DNA of 31,677 nucleotides from a virus (Duplodnaviria; Caudoviricetes): positions 1 through 31,677 of the IMG/VR virus record IMGVR_UViG_3300036904_000006; one strand, 5' to 3'. This document shows, in pieces, positions 18,001 through 26,090 of this stretch. A model generated the notes under the pieces. That model was not told where the DNA came from and ran no database searches. It saw only the letters and a list, made by a program, of their open reading frames with translations. Position numbers and translations under genes: made by a program. How positions within the stretch are numbered: position 1 is the first letter of the stretch; each line of letters starts with the position of its first letter.

Positions 18001-18167
18001 CCGATCTGGCTCATCGCCTCCCGAGCGCCGCCGCCAAGCGCCGACGACAGCATGCCGCCGGTCCCGGACGGTCCTGGGACCATTCCGGGCGAGGGCTGCC
18101 GGGCCTGAGGCATGTAGTCGATCAGGTTCGGCGCGGTGGACCCAAACGGCGTTTGCGGGTCGGCCAT
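12060..18167 (-). CDS. Large internal virion/DNA-ejection (large polyvalent-type) protein with zincin-like domain (2035 aa)
   Basis: G/A-rich membrane-active N-terminus, Pro-rich linker, LLHEGIHSAT...EFIAEAFTN, YFRSGRTGDYFV motif, helical C-terminus with hydrophobic hairpin. Confidence 0.8.
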   Translation of the reverse strand: MADPQTPFGSTAPNLIDYMPQARQPSPGMVPGPSGTGGMLSSALGGGAREAMSQIGSAVKAGATMFGAPGVAQAAGDWAKQQQTLAAQNENPDWENTSAWSPSGLAYRVVKGLPSALPIMGASLAAPFLAGVAPATAAGGLLAGGVAGALSYPLAVGGNVQTQEKYTGEDVTRGEAAKSALLGVPEAAVGALPMERLLSSVAKPAVQAGWRGVAHAAAAQAGYQGAASAGQDAIAQQMGDPDRPIASRAQEMLETVLTGGATGALFGAGVHALAKKNPTNTTNADLLKATEEATQPPGAQKLLPPPAATDQMGAPKQITYDTWKTPENLLPAPGATDQLGAQRALPRPVGTDQMAMEGLPAPVEKPALANPVNPAALPAPAAAPEAHTAAGEPINMPGEPGVPPADVAIPQPGFALPTRPFADMPLERLLTGVRNEPDIQTARSMAYELYFRQKMQEAEASGTRQLPPTVAAVPIGNGMLLWPDGTVAPANKPPPPGPPVAPSGQAPLEVQFADGTRGPPNHPSPFDAGAISRVNAPTQPTEAAGPVAPAHPLAAAAPEEVKASTEQVVGKKLPWLDTTPKAAETPLEAAQQSVLAKLDATDGLPNKAVIAAGQHLGVLDEIGKPITEKPSAEAGLQPSVAAKVRAAEITKAAPPVSTNAETPSQTEQAAIPLSNPVKDTLGSLSRMTASANPRINAAFWKGIEEQKGLLNDFVTKAAKNGSVDKDIVLQSPTWDKQYEKFSPEAQRAIDAHQNAVENMINRTRTSLAMQDPNLFASLHAGGGVTQGDVDAAHVVAARGSARDGFQYIAQNGESGLFKTVAKMLADKGIDPKVQAGGDQSSEQFAGLHPGETADMAYDHTTDTVHVFPGVNDFTRNLLHEGIHSATVRGFDAGGLAAQEMQGHFDYMKAQSPNNEMYGMRNPKEFIAEAFTNETFRDFLRATPAPEGKISMWQAFKNTVAKLFGVQGSKATMLDRVMETGQRLMTEDAQLPRAGQGPMQASLRLKPAGLEQVTHDAVAASEQVRDKLSGLGDSLKVGAQKALLIARNGTDIANALAERFGVKSAQRFLGAAVLNDARLNTWSKADVVPLRGFDALPADRQARLSRVADATRIGIDARLTPDKLPVSVRQSPELMSEYAQAHREYMAASPEDKGAYEGLIAMNQGHRAFMLAQSLHNYVKDFKFDQKGLTEGFQNDLAHDRQFDNDSHNNPLVGRDKAVQELQQRLAGIRDYLDTDKSAKLDPERRVGLEQMHGIATGELRRIQSGVPYFRSGRTGDYFVSAQLPTGATGRLDQATLDKLRPVLDEYGLKVNPLLDNTKFYARMETREQAQRLHNAFAETLGKDAEIGSGLAEELKTGQRPTMLNEVIEAARQNAPDVEGLSPEEAERVNAAHERNITELTRQLMDVLPESAQAKISAERKDVQGYSKDIGVGLHQGAQAYGRLLANMSTVAEKGAALSAMRAEMTALKKDPDALIVHKEMAQNALNQLLIRDTQRPVGQPNGFIAATKGLSYLFELASPGYALTLLTQNATLGLPELGSRVGYAGAAKSIGRVSGDVIKALKGMMSDPDWTSAGMRVDSLQKAGLSKENAEFLVRADNRGKMTSSSFTPMLMDDPNKEQSGGWREKLAAYSTAYTRYCELQPRVQMALAAKDAWRGEKLDGPLDDFVDKVVDGSQFNYDPATMPRIMSRAGPLGELAPLMTQFWRFRTELTHKLYRSFEEGFTSARGTEWSDPERAQARSFLYGHLTAMTVLAGTLGLPMVGVLASVADKLADWATNDPTHDFIASYRSHLTDVFGAPVGEAIARGAPRFAGADFSHLGEGTIAPGISEALMAATEKRKFEDAEKDWLKRLAGAPVGMMSNMALGMRDIANGDYLRGLQKFAPEGLRGPVEVAQLAKYGYRDKSGMPLKINGQTLTPTAQDMLMQAIGVDPAKEAEYSEVRSVASGIEQRRQIQDQNITQHLVQAYERGDQNNFQYWSGQSALSQQEHPGLLPPLADFQRAIQMRSRASAIGLPPGVTPRDLGARGMIGYANSHE

Positions 18168-18170
18168 AGC

Positions 18171-19250
18171 TTACTGTCCTGTGCCGTCAGGCGTGACCAT
18201 GCCGGGCTGTGGGTTGTAGCTGTTGTTCTGGCCGGCTGGCGTGAACGCCCCACCAGGCACAGCGAGCAGCTTGATGAGTGCCTGCACCTGCTCGGGCGGC
18301 TGGCCCTCCATCGCCATCTTGAGCGCGAGCGCTGCGGCCTGCTCCTGTGTACTGTACTTCGGTGTGGCCGCCACCATTTGATAGAACGCCGATCGCGGCA
18401 CCTTGCCGGCGAACTGCTGGACATACTCGTCCTCGGTGTAGTGGTGGGGGTTCGCCGCAGCGTGCTCGGGAGTGCCGAAATCCCCTTGGCCGTATCCGTG
18501 CTGAGACGTAAGTTGCCCATTGTTGAAGGTTCTGACGTGTGTTGGCCCCCCAGGCGAGTCTCCATAGACTGTAACTTGTCCGGCAGGATCGCCTCCGCCG
18601 GTGGCTCCGCCGACATTGGTCGCGTAGTTGGTCCTGAGGAACGTCGTGTTCGCAGGGTCGGTGGTCGGGTTCGGCACCGGGTCGGAAGGCAGCTTTTGCG
18701 GACCCGTAGCCACCGCGTGCGCGGTGTTCGCGGAAGTCGTGCCGTGGAAGAGGCCCTCCATACGGCCGACCAGATACGACAGCGCGTTGCCGGCGGCATG
18801 CTGGGGGTTGATCGGCACAGGATCGACACCAGAGAAGCCGGCGGAGGCTGGTGCGGCGGGGTGCGTCGCTTGATTGACGGCGGCGTCGAAGTGGTTGATG
18901 CCTCCATGCCAGTCAGGGGCCGGGCCTGCCGGGGTGAATGGGTTCGCGATCGGGGCGCTGGACCCGCCGCCGAGGAGCGACGGCGGCTGCGCAGCCGGAG
19001 CCACATAGCTCGGCGTCGAGCCGCCAGCAGCGATCGCGCGCTGGTTCAGCGCCATCGAGGGGTTCTGCTGATCGAGCGCAGACCGGATGCCTGTGTCGGT
19101 CGGCACGCTCGCGGTGCCGTCAGCGTAGTGCTTGGGCCGAAGCATGCCCACGCGTGCGTTGACCATGTGCGCGGCCGGCGGCGCGGCCGGCTGCACGACG
19201 TCGCCCTGGCCAGTGTTCTGGGACGGCTGAAGCAGGTTGACGGCGGCCAT
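18171..19250 (-). CDS. Putative internal virion/ejection protein (359 aa)
   Basis: ATG 19250 with GGAGA RBS; low-complexity P/A/G/T-rich with HYADGT motif; directly upstream of giant protein. Confidence 0.65.
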   Translation of the reverse strand: MAAVNLLQPSQNTGQGDVVQPAAPPAAHMVNARVGMLRPKHYADGTASVPTDTGIRSALDQQNPSMALNQRAIAAGGSTPSYVAPAAQPPSLLGGGSSAPIANPFTPAGPAPDWHGGINHFDAAVNQATHPAAPASAGFSGVDPVPINPQHAAGNALSYLVGRMEGLFHGTTSANTAHAVATGPQKLPSDPVPNPTTDPANTTFLRTNYATNVGGATGGGDPAGQVTVYGDSPGGPTHVRTFNNGQLTSQHGYGQGDFGTPEHAAANPHHYTEDEYVQQFAGKVPRSAFYQMVAATPKYSTQEQAAALALKMAMEGQPPEQVQALIKLLAVPGGAFTPAGQNNSYNPQPGMVTPDGTGQ

Positions 19251-19252
19251 TG

Positions 19253-20065
19253 TTATGTCTCCCAGGACCACCCATTACGGCCGAAGCCCCATTGCTGAGG
19301 CGTGAACATCTTCCGCAGGGCGTCTTTCTTAGCTCGCAGGACCGCTGCATCGAACCGGGTTGCGAACTTGTCGGCCCGACCCGCGGCGTCTCCGCCTGCG
19401 ATGTCAGTGTCCACGTTGCTAAGCGCAAGATATGCCGCCCAATCCAGAATGTCGAGATGATGAGCCGCAGGGATTTCGAGATAGGCTTCGAGGTTGCTGA
19501 CCACCAGATCGTTGATTGGCTCGCGGATCACCCGCATCTGGCCGACGATCCCGTCGTAGGGCGACGCGATAGTGGGGTAGAGCAGCAGGTTCATCGCACC
19601 GAAGCTGCCGTTCCTATCGGGCAACAGGTCCTCATCGGTGGACCATGCCACAGGCTTGCCGGGCGGCAGGTTGTCGAGCAGCGCCGCGTTCCAGAACAGC
19701 ATGTCGGGGGGATTGAAGGCGTTGAAGTCGGCGTGGCCTGCACGCACGAGGTCGGCGTTGTCGGCCGGGATGGCGTTGGCAACGTTGCCCTGCATCCTGA
19801 TCGACAGCACCGCGATCACGGAGGGGTCGAGCGGGTAAAGGTTCTGACCGTTGACTGTGGTGATCTGTGTCACCGCGGCGGTGCTCCCGTCGCGGATGCA
19901 GAGGCTCTCGCGCGCAAACTTGCGCTGAGCCTCGTTGAGGTAGTTCACGAGGGTCTGATCAGACCACAGGTAGTCCGAAGAAGCCCCGGCGATCTGGTCC
20001 GATCGGTCATGCAGCCGATTGGCGCGCAACTCGTAGAGCAGCGCGCCGAGTTGCCAGCCGGGCAT
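19253..20065 (-). CDS. Head-tail adaptor / tail tubular A-like protein (270 aa)
   Basis: YLWSDQTLVNYLNEAQRKFAR..GQNLYPLDPSVI..LYPT..EIPAAHHLDILDWAAYLAL. Confidence 0.8.
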   Translation of the reverse strand: MPGWQLGALLYELRANRLHDRSDQIAGASSDYLWSDQTLVNYLNEAQRKFARESLCIRDGSTAAVTQITTVNGQNLYPLDPSVIAVLSIRMQGNVANAIPADNADLVRAGHADFNAFNPPDMLFWNAALLDNLPPGKPVAWSTDEDLLPDRNGSFGAMNLLLYPTIASPYDGIVGQMRVIREPINDLVVSNLEAYLEIPAAHHLDILDWAAYLALSNVDTDIAGGDAAGRADKFATRFDAAVLRAKKDALRKMFTPQQWGFGRNGWSWET

Positions 20066-20074
20066 ATCGGTCTC

Positions 20075-20539
20075 CTATTGGGCGGCGGCCTCTTGCTTCT
20101 CCAGCTCGTCGGCGTAGCCATGGAAGGTGTAGGGGTACTTCAGCTTGTTGCGCCACTCGACCACCTGGAGGGTGTCCGGGTTCTGGACCGCATAGCCCTC
20201 AACCGCATTGTCGAGGACGTCCTTGAGGCCCTCCGGCACGTTCGTTCGGACGCCGGGCCTCAAGAGGAACCACGCGCCGTTGACGCCGAAATACTGACCA
20301 CCGCGCTGAAGGTCCTTGCTCTCGGAGAGCGTCAGGATGATCCGGCGCGGTTTGACGTTCGGCTGCGCCTTCTCGCCTGCGGAAGGTCCGGGGGCAGCCG
20401 GGCTAGCCTCAAAGCGAGAGCCGGCTGTAGCGGACATAATGATCCGCATTGCCTCCGCCTTCGCCGCGTCGATGATGGCGTCCGCGCTCTCGCGGGCGTC
20501 TTCCTTCTTCTTGGCTTGAATATCGAGAGCTTGTGCCAT
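20075..20539 (-). CDS. Hypothetical head-module protein (154 aa)
   Basis: GGAG RBS; QYFGVNG..LLRPGVRTNVPEGLKDVLDNAV..KYPY. Confidence 0.75.
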   Translation of the reverse strand: MAQALDIQAKKKEDARESADAIIDAAKAEAMRIIMSATAGSRFEASPAAPGPSAGEKAQPNVKPRRIILTLSESKDLQRGGQYFGVNGAWFLLRPGVRTNVPEGLKDVLDNAVEGYAVQNPDTLQVVEWRNKLKYPYTFHGYADELEKQEAAAQ

Positions 20540-20554
20540 GGTTCGGGTCTCCGC

Positions 20555-21025
20555 TTATGCAATCGGGCCGGTGTAGCCGGGGCTGACGCACGTGGCGGAG
20601 CCGGGGCCGGTGATCGTGAGGACGACTTCACGCCAAGTGTTATTGGCGAGCGTCATTGTGCCTGTGAGGGTCCACCCGCCGGCAGACTGGGTAATCGTCG
20701 CGATCTGACCAGTGCCAATGTTGCCAATCGTCAGCACGACCTGCGCGCCAAGTGTCAGCAGATAGGGGTACGCCGCCTGAAGCGACGCAACCGAGGGAAG
20801 CTGCGCATTGAACCCTACGCCGTGCGCGCCCGTCAGGTTCACGGTGGTGAGCATGTCACCAGCGACTTGAACCGGCGTCAGCAGGACCGGCGACGCCACA
20901 GACGAGTTCGTGGAGAACGAGGTGATGTTGAGGATCGGCGCGGCGATGTCGGCTTCGACCGGTTGCACGTCGAGGATGGATTGCACGGGGTTGCCGAGCA
21001 TGTCGTGAACGATAACGGCACCCAT
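20555..21025 (-). CDS. Putative capsid decoration protein (156 aa)
   Basis: AGGAGG RBS; beta-rich; position after capsid genes. Confidence 0.65.
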   Translation of the reverse strand: MGAVIVHDMLGNPVQSILDVQPVEADIAAPILNITSFSTNSSVASPVLLTPVQVAGDMLTTVNLTGAHGVGFNAQLPSVASLQAAYPYLLTLGAQVVLTIGNIGTGQIATITQSAGGWTLTGTMTLANNTWREVVLTITGPGSATCVSPGYTGPIA

Positions 21026-21039
21026 AGGGGCCTCCTGTT

Positions 21040-21068
21040 GGGAAAGAGGAGAGGGGCCGAAGCCCCTC
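21040..21068 (-). terminator. Hairpin with cUUCGg tetraloop, weak U tract
   Basis: - strand GAGGGGC-TTCG-GCCCCTC then TCCTCTTTCC, 2 nt after stop of 21071-21613. Confidence 0.65.
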
Positions 21069-21070
21069 GA

Positions 21071-21613
21071 TTACGCCTCGATGCGGAAGCTGACGACGTC
21101 GGCCGCGGTGAAGATGCCGGAGGCCAGTGACACGTAAGTCACGTCGCCGAGACCGCCCGAGTAGTCCGCCGTGTCGACGATCGCCGAGCCGGTGTTGACC
21201 GAGATCGCCGGGGTCGCCAGCTCTTTCTTGGTATCGGTCGCCGGAGCGCCGTACATCCAGGTGAACTCGGCGAACGTGGTCCAGTCGATCACCGTGACTT
21301 TGGTCGGCGCGAAGCCTACCGGGATGATCGTCTGGTTCGCGCCGGTCGGCACCGTGAAGTAGCCGGCGAGCAGGTCGGCCGTCCCATTAAGGAACGTGTT
21401 GCCGAGCACCAGGTTGAACGAGTTGCCGGCAAGCGGGTTCGAGGTGAACGGCGAGGCGAAGGTCGCCGCGACCGCACCGGAGACCGCCGAGGTGGACTGC
21501 GAGGTGATGTTCGCAGGCACGATGCCGAACGCCTGAAGCGGGCCGGGCGGGACATACGTGACGGGGAACGAGCTGATGTGCAGGCTCGTGTCGATGACGT
21601 TGATGGTGGCCAT
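21071..21613 (-). CDS. Putative capsid decoration/cement protein (180 aa)
   Basis: AGGAGG RBS; IPVGFAPTKVTVID..FTWMYG motif; immediately after major capsid. Confidence 0.7.
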   Translation of the reverse strand: MATINVIDTSLHISSFPVTYVPPGPLQAFGIVPANITSQSTSAVSGAVAATFASPFTSNPLAGNSFNLVLGNTFLNGTADLLAGYFTVPTGANQTIIPVGFAPTKVTVIDWTTFAEFTWMYGAPATDTKKELATPAISVNTGSAIVDTADYSGGLGDVTYVSLASGIFTAADVVSFRIEA

Positions 21614-21637
21614 TGTGCCCTCCTATGGGCGGGAACG

Positions 21638-21667
21638 AGAAGCGGGAAAGGGGGCGCTAGGCCCCCT
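21638..21667 (-). terminator. Hairpin after major capsid gene
   Basis: - strand AGGGGGC-CTAGC-GCCCCCT followed by TTCCCGCTTCT. Confidence 0.6.
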
Positions 21668-21672
21668 CAGGA

Positions 21673-22734
21673 TTACGCAGTGGCGGTGACTTCGAGGCGG
21701 GCCATGAAGGCGTCCTGAAGGATCACCGTCCCAGTCCACAACTTCCAGCCGACCGTGCCGCGCTGGCCGAGCGGGTCGCCCGGAGCCGGCTTCGGGTTGA
21801 CGACCATGGGCGTCATGCTCGACTTGCCCTTCAGGGGCACGATGCCGTAGGCGTCGCGGCCGAAGATGAGCACCGGGTAGACGTCCGGGTAGGAGCCTCC
21901 GGTCGAGCGCTGCGAGGTCACGGTGACGCTGGTCGCCGCGTTCTGCCAAGGCACGATCACAGTGGACAGCAGGTAACGGACCTGCTCGACAGCGCCGATT
22001 TCGCCTTCCCAGGGGGAGGTATGCGGGCCGTACTTGGCCACCGGGATGAACCCGACCATGTTGCGGATGTCGCTTTCGAGGTCCGGGTGGACGACGGCGA
22101 CGTAGGCGGCTTCAACCGAGGTCGTATTGAACGCCGGCGTCGAGGCGACCACCTTGGTGATCTTCTTGGCGTTCTGGCGGTTCAGGCCGGTCGTGACGCG
22201 GCGCTGGTCGGTGAGCGTGATCGGCCCAGCGACCGTGGTGCGCCCGGCGACGTTCGCCTGATACCAGACGTTCGTGCCAGCCTTAAGCACGTTGAACCGG
22301 AGGTTCTCGACCGTGACCGCGGCTTGCTCGCCGAGGATTTCGGTCATCTGCGCCAGGACCGGGTCAGTGTGGGTGTCCACAATGACGTCGGTGATCGTGG
22401 CGAAGTCGCCGTACTGCGCGAGCTGCACAGTGTAGTCGTAGTTCGCAAGCAGCGAACCCGAGGGCGTCACGCCTTCAACCAGCGGCACAGTGCTGATCGG
22501 GATGAAGAACGGGTTAGAGCCGACGTTGCCGGTGGCGTCGGGACCGGCCGAGCCGGCCGCGCCCTGGAGGTAGTAACGCCGGAACTTCGCGGTCTGGGTA
22601 GACTGCGTCGGAAGAGGATAGGTCTGGCCGAACTTCTCCAGATGGAGCAGCGGCAAGGCGCGCTCCAGCATTTTCACGACACTGTACGCGGCAACTGCCG
22701 GCGAGATGTCGCCATAACTCGTGATCGCAACCAT
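21673..22734 (-). CDS. Major capsid protein, N4-gp56 family (HK97 fold)
   Basis: YGDISP..TAKFRRY..PLVEGVTP..LAQYGD..ITD..GEIGAVEQVR..DVYPVLIFGRDAYG..DPLGQRGTVGWK. Confidence 0.95.
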   Translation of the reverse strand: MVAITSYGDISPAVAAYSVVKMLERALPLLHLEKFGQTYPLPTQSTQTAKFRRYYLQGAAGSAGPDATGNVGSNPFFIPISTVPLVEGVTPSGSLLANYDYTVQLAQYGDFATITDVIVDTHTDPVLAQMTEILGEQAAVTVENLRFNVLKAGTNVWYQANVAGRTTVAGPITLTDQRRVTTGLNRQNAKKITKVVASTPAFNTTSVEAAYVAVVHPDLESDIRNMVGFIPVAKYGPHTSPWEGEIGAVEQVRYLLSTVIVPWQNAATSVTVTSQRSTGGSYPDVYPVLIFGRDAYGIVPLKGKSSMTPMVVNPKPAPGDPLGQRGTVGWKLWTGTVILQDAFMARLEVTATA

Positions 22735-22759
22735 TGTAGTAGCTCCCTGAGGCTACGTG

Positions 22760-23710
22760 TTAAGCCTTGGTTGCAACCCAGTGGTCGAATGCGTCCTCGA
22801 AGTTTTCGGGCGCGCTGGTGGTCACAACCGTCGATCGTCTGGAGACGACTGGGGCCAGGGATGCAGCCGCTTGCTTGGCCGCCTCGGACAGCTCGTTCAC
22901 CTTCGCGGCGGGGGCTGCGGGGGTCTTGGCCGCTGGATTGGCCACTGACTTGCCCGTGGCCGTTCGCCACGTGTCAACCAGATACTTGATCTCGCTGACG
23001 TCGCCTTCGGTAATAACACGCTCATAAGTGTCCCGCAACAGGCCGGGGATACTCTTGTCAGTGCGTGCCCACTGTATCACCGGGTCGGCGACCTGGTCGT
23101 AATCCGGGATCGCGCGGCGCAGCGAGTCGTACTGGTGATCCGCCTGGACGACCTGAAGGTTCTGGAACGTCGGCGCAAGCGCCGCGCCGATCCGCTGCTC
23201 GACCGCTTGCTGGGTAGCGATCGAGGAGCCTCGCAGCGCGAGACCGACCGCCTCCATGATGTCGGGCCAGTCCTTTTGGACCTGAGCCAGCCGCGCCAGC
23301 TCCTGCTGGTTGTAAAGCGGAGGGGCTTGGGGCTGCTGCTGGGCCGGGGCTTGGGGCTGCTGGACCGGGCGCTGCTCGATCGCCTTGACGAAGCGCGCGA
23401 GCAGCTCCTCCTGGCTTGGATGGGGGGCTGCCACAGGCGCGGCCTTGACGGCGGGGTCTGTGGCAGCCGGGCTGTCGTCCCCTGTTTCCTCACCGCCACT
23501 TGCTGGCTCAGTGGGCGTGTCGGGTTCGACGACAGGTGTCTCAGTGACCGCGGTCGACTTCGCTTCGGCATCCGCAAGAGCGGCCGGGTCGGTGGTCGTT
23601 GGGTCTTTGCCGAAGTCGGCCGGGATCGGCTTTTTCTCCGCAGCGAGCGAGGAGAGGTTGTCAAAGAACGACCCGAAGTCGTCCTCGACAGTGCGGATTT
23701 CGTCAACCAT
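22760..23710 (-). CDS. Capsid scaffolding protein (316 aa)
   Basis: Acidic disordered N-terminus, helical core, C-terminal NFEDAFD motif; directly upstream of capsid gene. Confidence 0.8.
   Translation of the reverse strand: MVDEIRTVEDDFGSFFDNLSSLAAEKKPIPADFGKDPTTTDPAALADAEAKSTAVTETPVVEPDTPTEPASGGEETGDDSPAATDPAVKAAPVAAPHPSQEELLARFVKAIEQRPVQQPQAPAQQQPQAPPLYNQQELARLAQVQKDWPDIMEAVGLALRGSSIATQQAVEQRIGAALAPTFQNLQVVQADHQYDSLRRAIPDYDQVADPVIQWARTDKSIPGLLRDTYERVITEGDVSEIKYLVDTWRTATGKSVANPAAKTPAAPAAKVNELSEAAKQAAASLAPVVSRRSTVVTTSAPENFEDAFDHWVATKA
23010..23076 (-). promoter_or_regulatory. Putative internal promoter for capsid gene with upstream palindrome
   Basis: TTGCGG(23038-33)-N17-TATTAC(23015-10) with TG extension; GTCAGTG-cgtgcc-CACTGTA at 23057-23076; local A/T-ending codons. 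Confidence 0.55.
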
Positions 23711-23713
23711 GAC

Positions 23714-23980
23714 TTACTCCTTCGGTAACTCGGGTCTCGCGACCGTCAGTTTCTTGATCAGGTCGGCGTAGACGATCGCTTCAGCCTGGATGGGTCCAAA
23801 AGTCTGGGGATTGGCGACAAGCAACTGGTCCTTGGCGTCCTCAAGCAGGAGCCCCAGGAGCCGCTGGAGGGCCAGCATTTCCGGGTTGTCCTTGAACTTG
23901 ACCAGGAGCTTGAGCAGCTCCGTCGCCTCCTGGCGGCGCGTTGGGGTCGGAGGCAGTGGGTTGGGCTGGGGCTGGGGCAC
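23714..23980 (-). CDS. Small conserved protein between portal and scaffold (88 aa)
   Basis: GAGGAG RBS, GTG start; helical LLEDAKDQLL..IQAEA..YADLIKKL. Confidence 0.7.
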   Translation of the reverse strand: MPQPQPNPLPPTPTRRQEATELLKLLVKFKDNPEMLALQRLLGLLLEDAKDQLLVANPQTFGPIQAEAIVYADLIKKLTVARPELPKE

Positions 23981-26063
23981 CTAACTGTACTCCTCGTTCG
24001 AGTAGGTCGAGCACTGACTGGATGGATTGGGCGTCTCCGGCGGCGATGTTCTTCTGGCCGCCTGCGATGTCCTTGAAGGAGGCGGCCAAGACCTTCCTGA
24101 TCTGGGCCTGCATCATCTCGTCGGTCTGCTGATCCTTCTTGGCCTGGTCCTGATCCTGCGCGGTCTGGCGGCGCGCCGCCTCGCTCGGGGTGACGAGGAT
24201 GTCGTCCATGTCGCGCGAGCGCAGCCGGACCTGGAGCAGCTTGCGCTGATCGACGTGCAGCTTCTCCTCAGGCGTCAGTGTCGTGACGAGCTGGTCCGCC
24301 TGCATGCCGCGGACCTCCTTCTGGATCAGGCTGGTCGCGCCACGCGGCACCACGTTGTAGTCGGCGACATGCGCCTCATTCGGGTTGAAGACCTTGTTGA
24401 AGGCCAGGATCGAGCTGATCACCGACTGGGTGAAGCTGTCATAGGCGCGGACCATGTCCTTGAACGGCAGCGCGGCGTCGCCCTTGAGCATGCTCGCGCC
24501 GGACGCCGTCCGGTACGGCTCGCTCGGCATCTGCGACTGGTCGCCGCCATCGGCCGGGCCAACGAAGGTCTCGCTGTCAGCGAACTTGAGCCCCAGCTCG
24601 ACAATCTTGAGCAGGTCTGGCATGTGGGCGTCGATCTGGATGTTGCGCACCGCCGGGAACTGGGCCTCAGGGCCGGTGCCCTCGCGATACCACATCTTAT
24701 AGGAGCGCAGGCTCGTCAGGTCCTGATCGAGCCGCAGAAGGTCAGTGTTAAGTTCGAGGTTCGGGCCACAGGTCACGGACGCGTTGTCGAGCAGCATCCG
24801 CGTCGCCGCGCTGACTATCATCTGGCTGTCGCGCATGGCGTTCGGCAAGCCGAAGCCGATCGGCGAGGTGTCGTCCTCGTCATACATGAAAGTGTGGACG
24901 GTCTTGACGTCCACGCCGAGCTTCACCCACGGGTTCATCTTGGCGCAGATCACATTGCCATCGAGCACCCAAATCTCGGCGTCGATCTCCTCGTGCAGTT
25001 TGTCCTCAGGAACATCGACGCCGCACTGGGCGAGCGAGGAGCCGTCGATCTTGCCGTGCCAGGAGCGCAGCTCGTATTTCTGGGTGTCGGGCTTCTGCTC
25101 GTTCACGTTGGCGCGCACGCCCATGACGCGCAGCTCCAGCTCGAACTCCAGTTGCTTGTAGTTGCCGACCGGGTGCGAGGCGAGGTAGCGCTCGATCACG
25201 TCGCCGAAGAAGTCCTTGCGCTTGCGCAGCGCGAGCACGTCGGACTTCGACATGATGCGGCGCACGAAGTAGCCGTCGCCGGCCGCGAAGGTGCTGGCGG
25301 AGAGGTCAGGGTAGAAGTCCCAGATGCGCAGAAACTCGAATTGCGGCAGGTAGACCTTGACCGACTTCGGCATCGGCACGCCGGCCTCGTCGTCCATCTC
25401 CCACTGGACCGTCTTGCCCTCACGGACGAACGGCCCCACAAGCACGCCCAGGCCGTACTGGATGCCTGAGCGCAGGACGCGGCGGTTCAGCGCCACGTAG
25501 TCCTCGGTCTGATCGCCGCCAAGCTCCTGGAGCTGGTCGTCGATGACAAGGCTGAGCTTCTGCGCGCGATCGAGCATGAGCTGATGGACGGCGTCCATGG
25601 CGTACTCGGGCGTGACCGCCTGCGAGACGCCCTCTACCTGGTCGCGCTCCTGCTGCTTCTGGATCGCCTCTTTAACGTCGTCGGGGGTGATGCTCGGATC
25701 GGGCGCGGGCTCCAAGGCCCAGTTGCGCTCGTTGCCGGGGAACATCAGGTGCATGAGCTTCGCCAGCACCGTGATGCACTTCACCCGCGTGATGCGAGGA
25801 TAAGCCTTCGAGCGGCTCTCGCTGAGCTGGTACTCGACCTCGGGGTCGTAGACGCCGAGATATTGCCGCTGGTTGCGCATCCACCGCAGCTCGGCGATGC
25901 GCCGGTCCCAGCGGTAGCTGTTGAACAGCATCTCAAGCCTGTTCGCGATCAGCTTCAGGTCTTCTGCGCGGATCACTTTGGTCGGCGCGCCGCCGCCCTG
26001 CGGGACACTGACGTCCGGCGGGTCGAGTTCGGTGTTGAGGGGCGTCTGTGCGACGGGGATCAT
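23841..26063 (-). CDS. Portal protein (740 aa)
   Basis: RWMRNQRQYLG..YGLGVLVGP..IWDFYPD..GFGLP..RMLLDNA..RTASGASML; position between TerL and scaffold. Confidence 0.92.
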   Translation of the reverse strand: MIPVAQTPLNTELDPPDVSVPQGGGAPTKVIRAEDLKLIANRLEMLFNSYRWDRRIAELRWMRNQRQYLGVYDPEVEYQLSESRSKAYPRITRVKCITVLAKLMHLMFPGNERNWALEPAPDPSITPDDVKEAIQKQQERDQVEGVSQAVTPEYAMDAVHQLMLDRAQKLSLVIDDQLQELGGDQTEDYVALNRRVLRSGIQYGLGVLVGPFVREGKTVQWEMDDEAGVPMPKSVKVYLPQFEFLRIWDFYPDLSASTFAAGDGYFVRRIMSKSDVLALRKRKDFFGDVIERYLASHPVGNYKQLEFELELRVMGVRANVNEQKPDTQKYELRSWHGKIDGSSLAQCGVDVPEDKLHEEIDAEIWVLDGNVICAKMNPWVKLGVDVKTVHTFMYDEDDTSPIGFGLPNAMRDSQMIVSAATRMLLDNASVTCGPNLELNTDLLRLDQDLTSLRSYKMWYREGTGPEAQFPAVRNIQIDAHMPDLLKIVELGLKFADSETFVGPADGGDQSQMPSEPYRTASGASMLKGDAALPFKDMVRAYDSFTQSVISSILAFNKVFNPNEAHVADYNVVPRGATSLIQKEVRGMQADQLVTTLTPEEKLHVDQRKLLQVRLRSRDMDDILVTPSEAARRQTAQDQDQAKKDQQTDEMMQAQIRKVLAASFKDIAGGQKNIAAGDAQSIQSVLDLLERGVQLGAPAPAQPTASDPNAPPGGDGAAQAPGQVQGQPGNAGPPAAPGAPA

Positions 26064-26090
26064 TGCTGCGCCTAGCGAATGTGGTAACTT

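Noticed and set aside
17919-21130. Long + strand ORFs (459 aa, 626 aa) and similar antisense ORFs elsewhere (e.g. 24027-25469, 22021-22989)
   Set aside because: They mirror well-supported - strand genes, are R/G/V/H-rich shadow translations expected in high-GC DNA, and lack RBS
24274-24287. TCAGTGTCGTGAC shared with the 10759 palindrome
   Set aside because: Second arm is absent; identity is explained by both encoding V-T-T-L, so it was not counted as a full site
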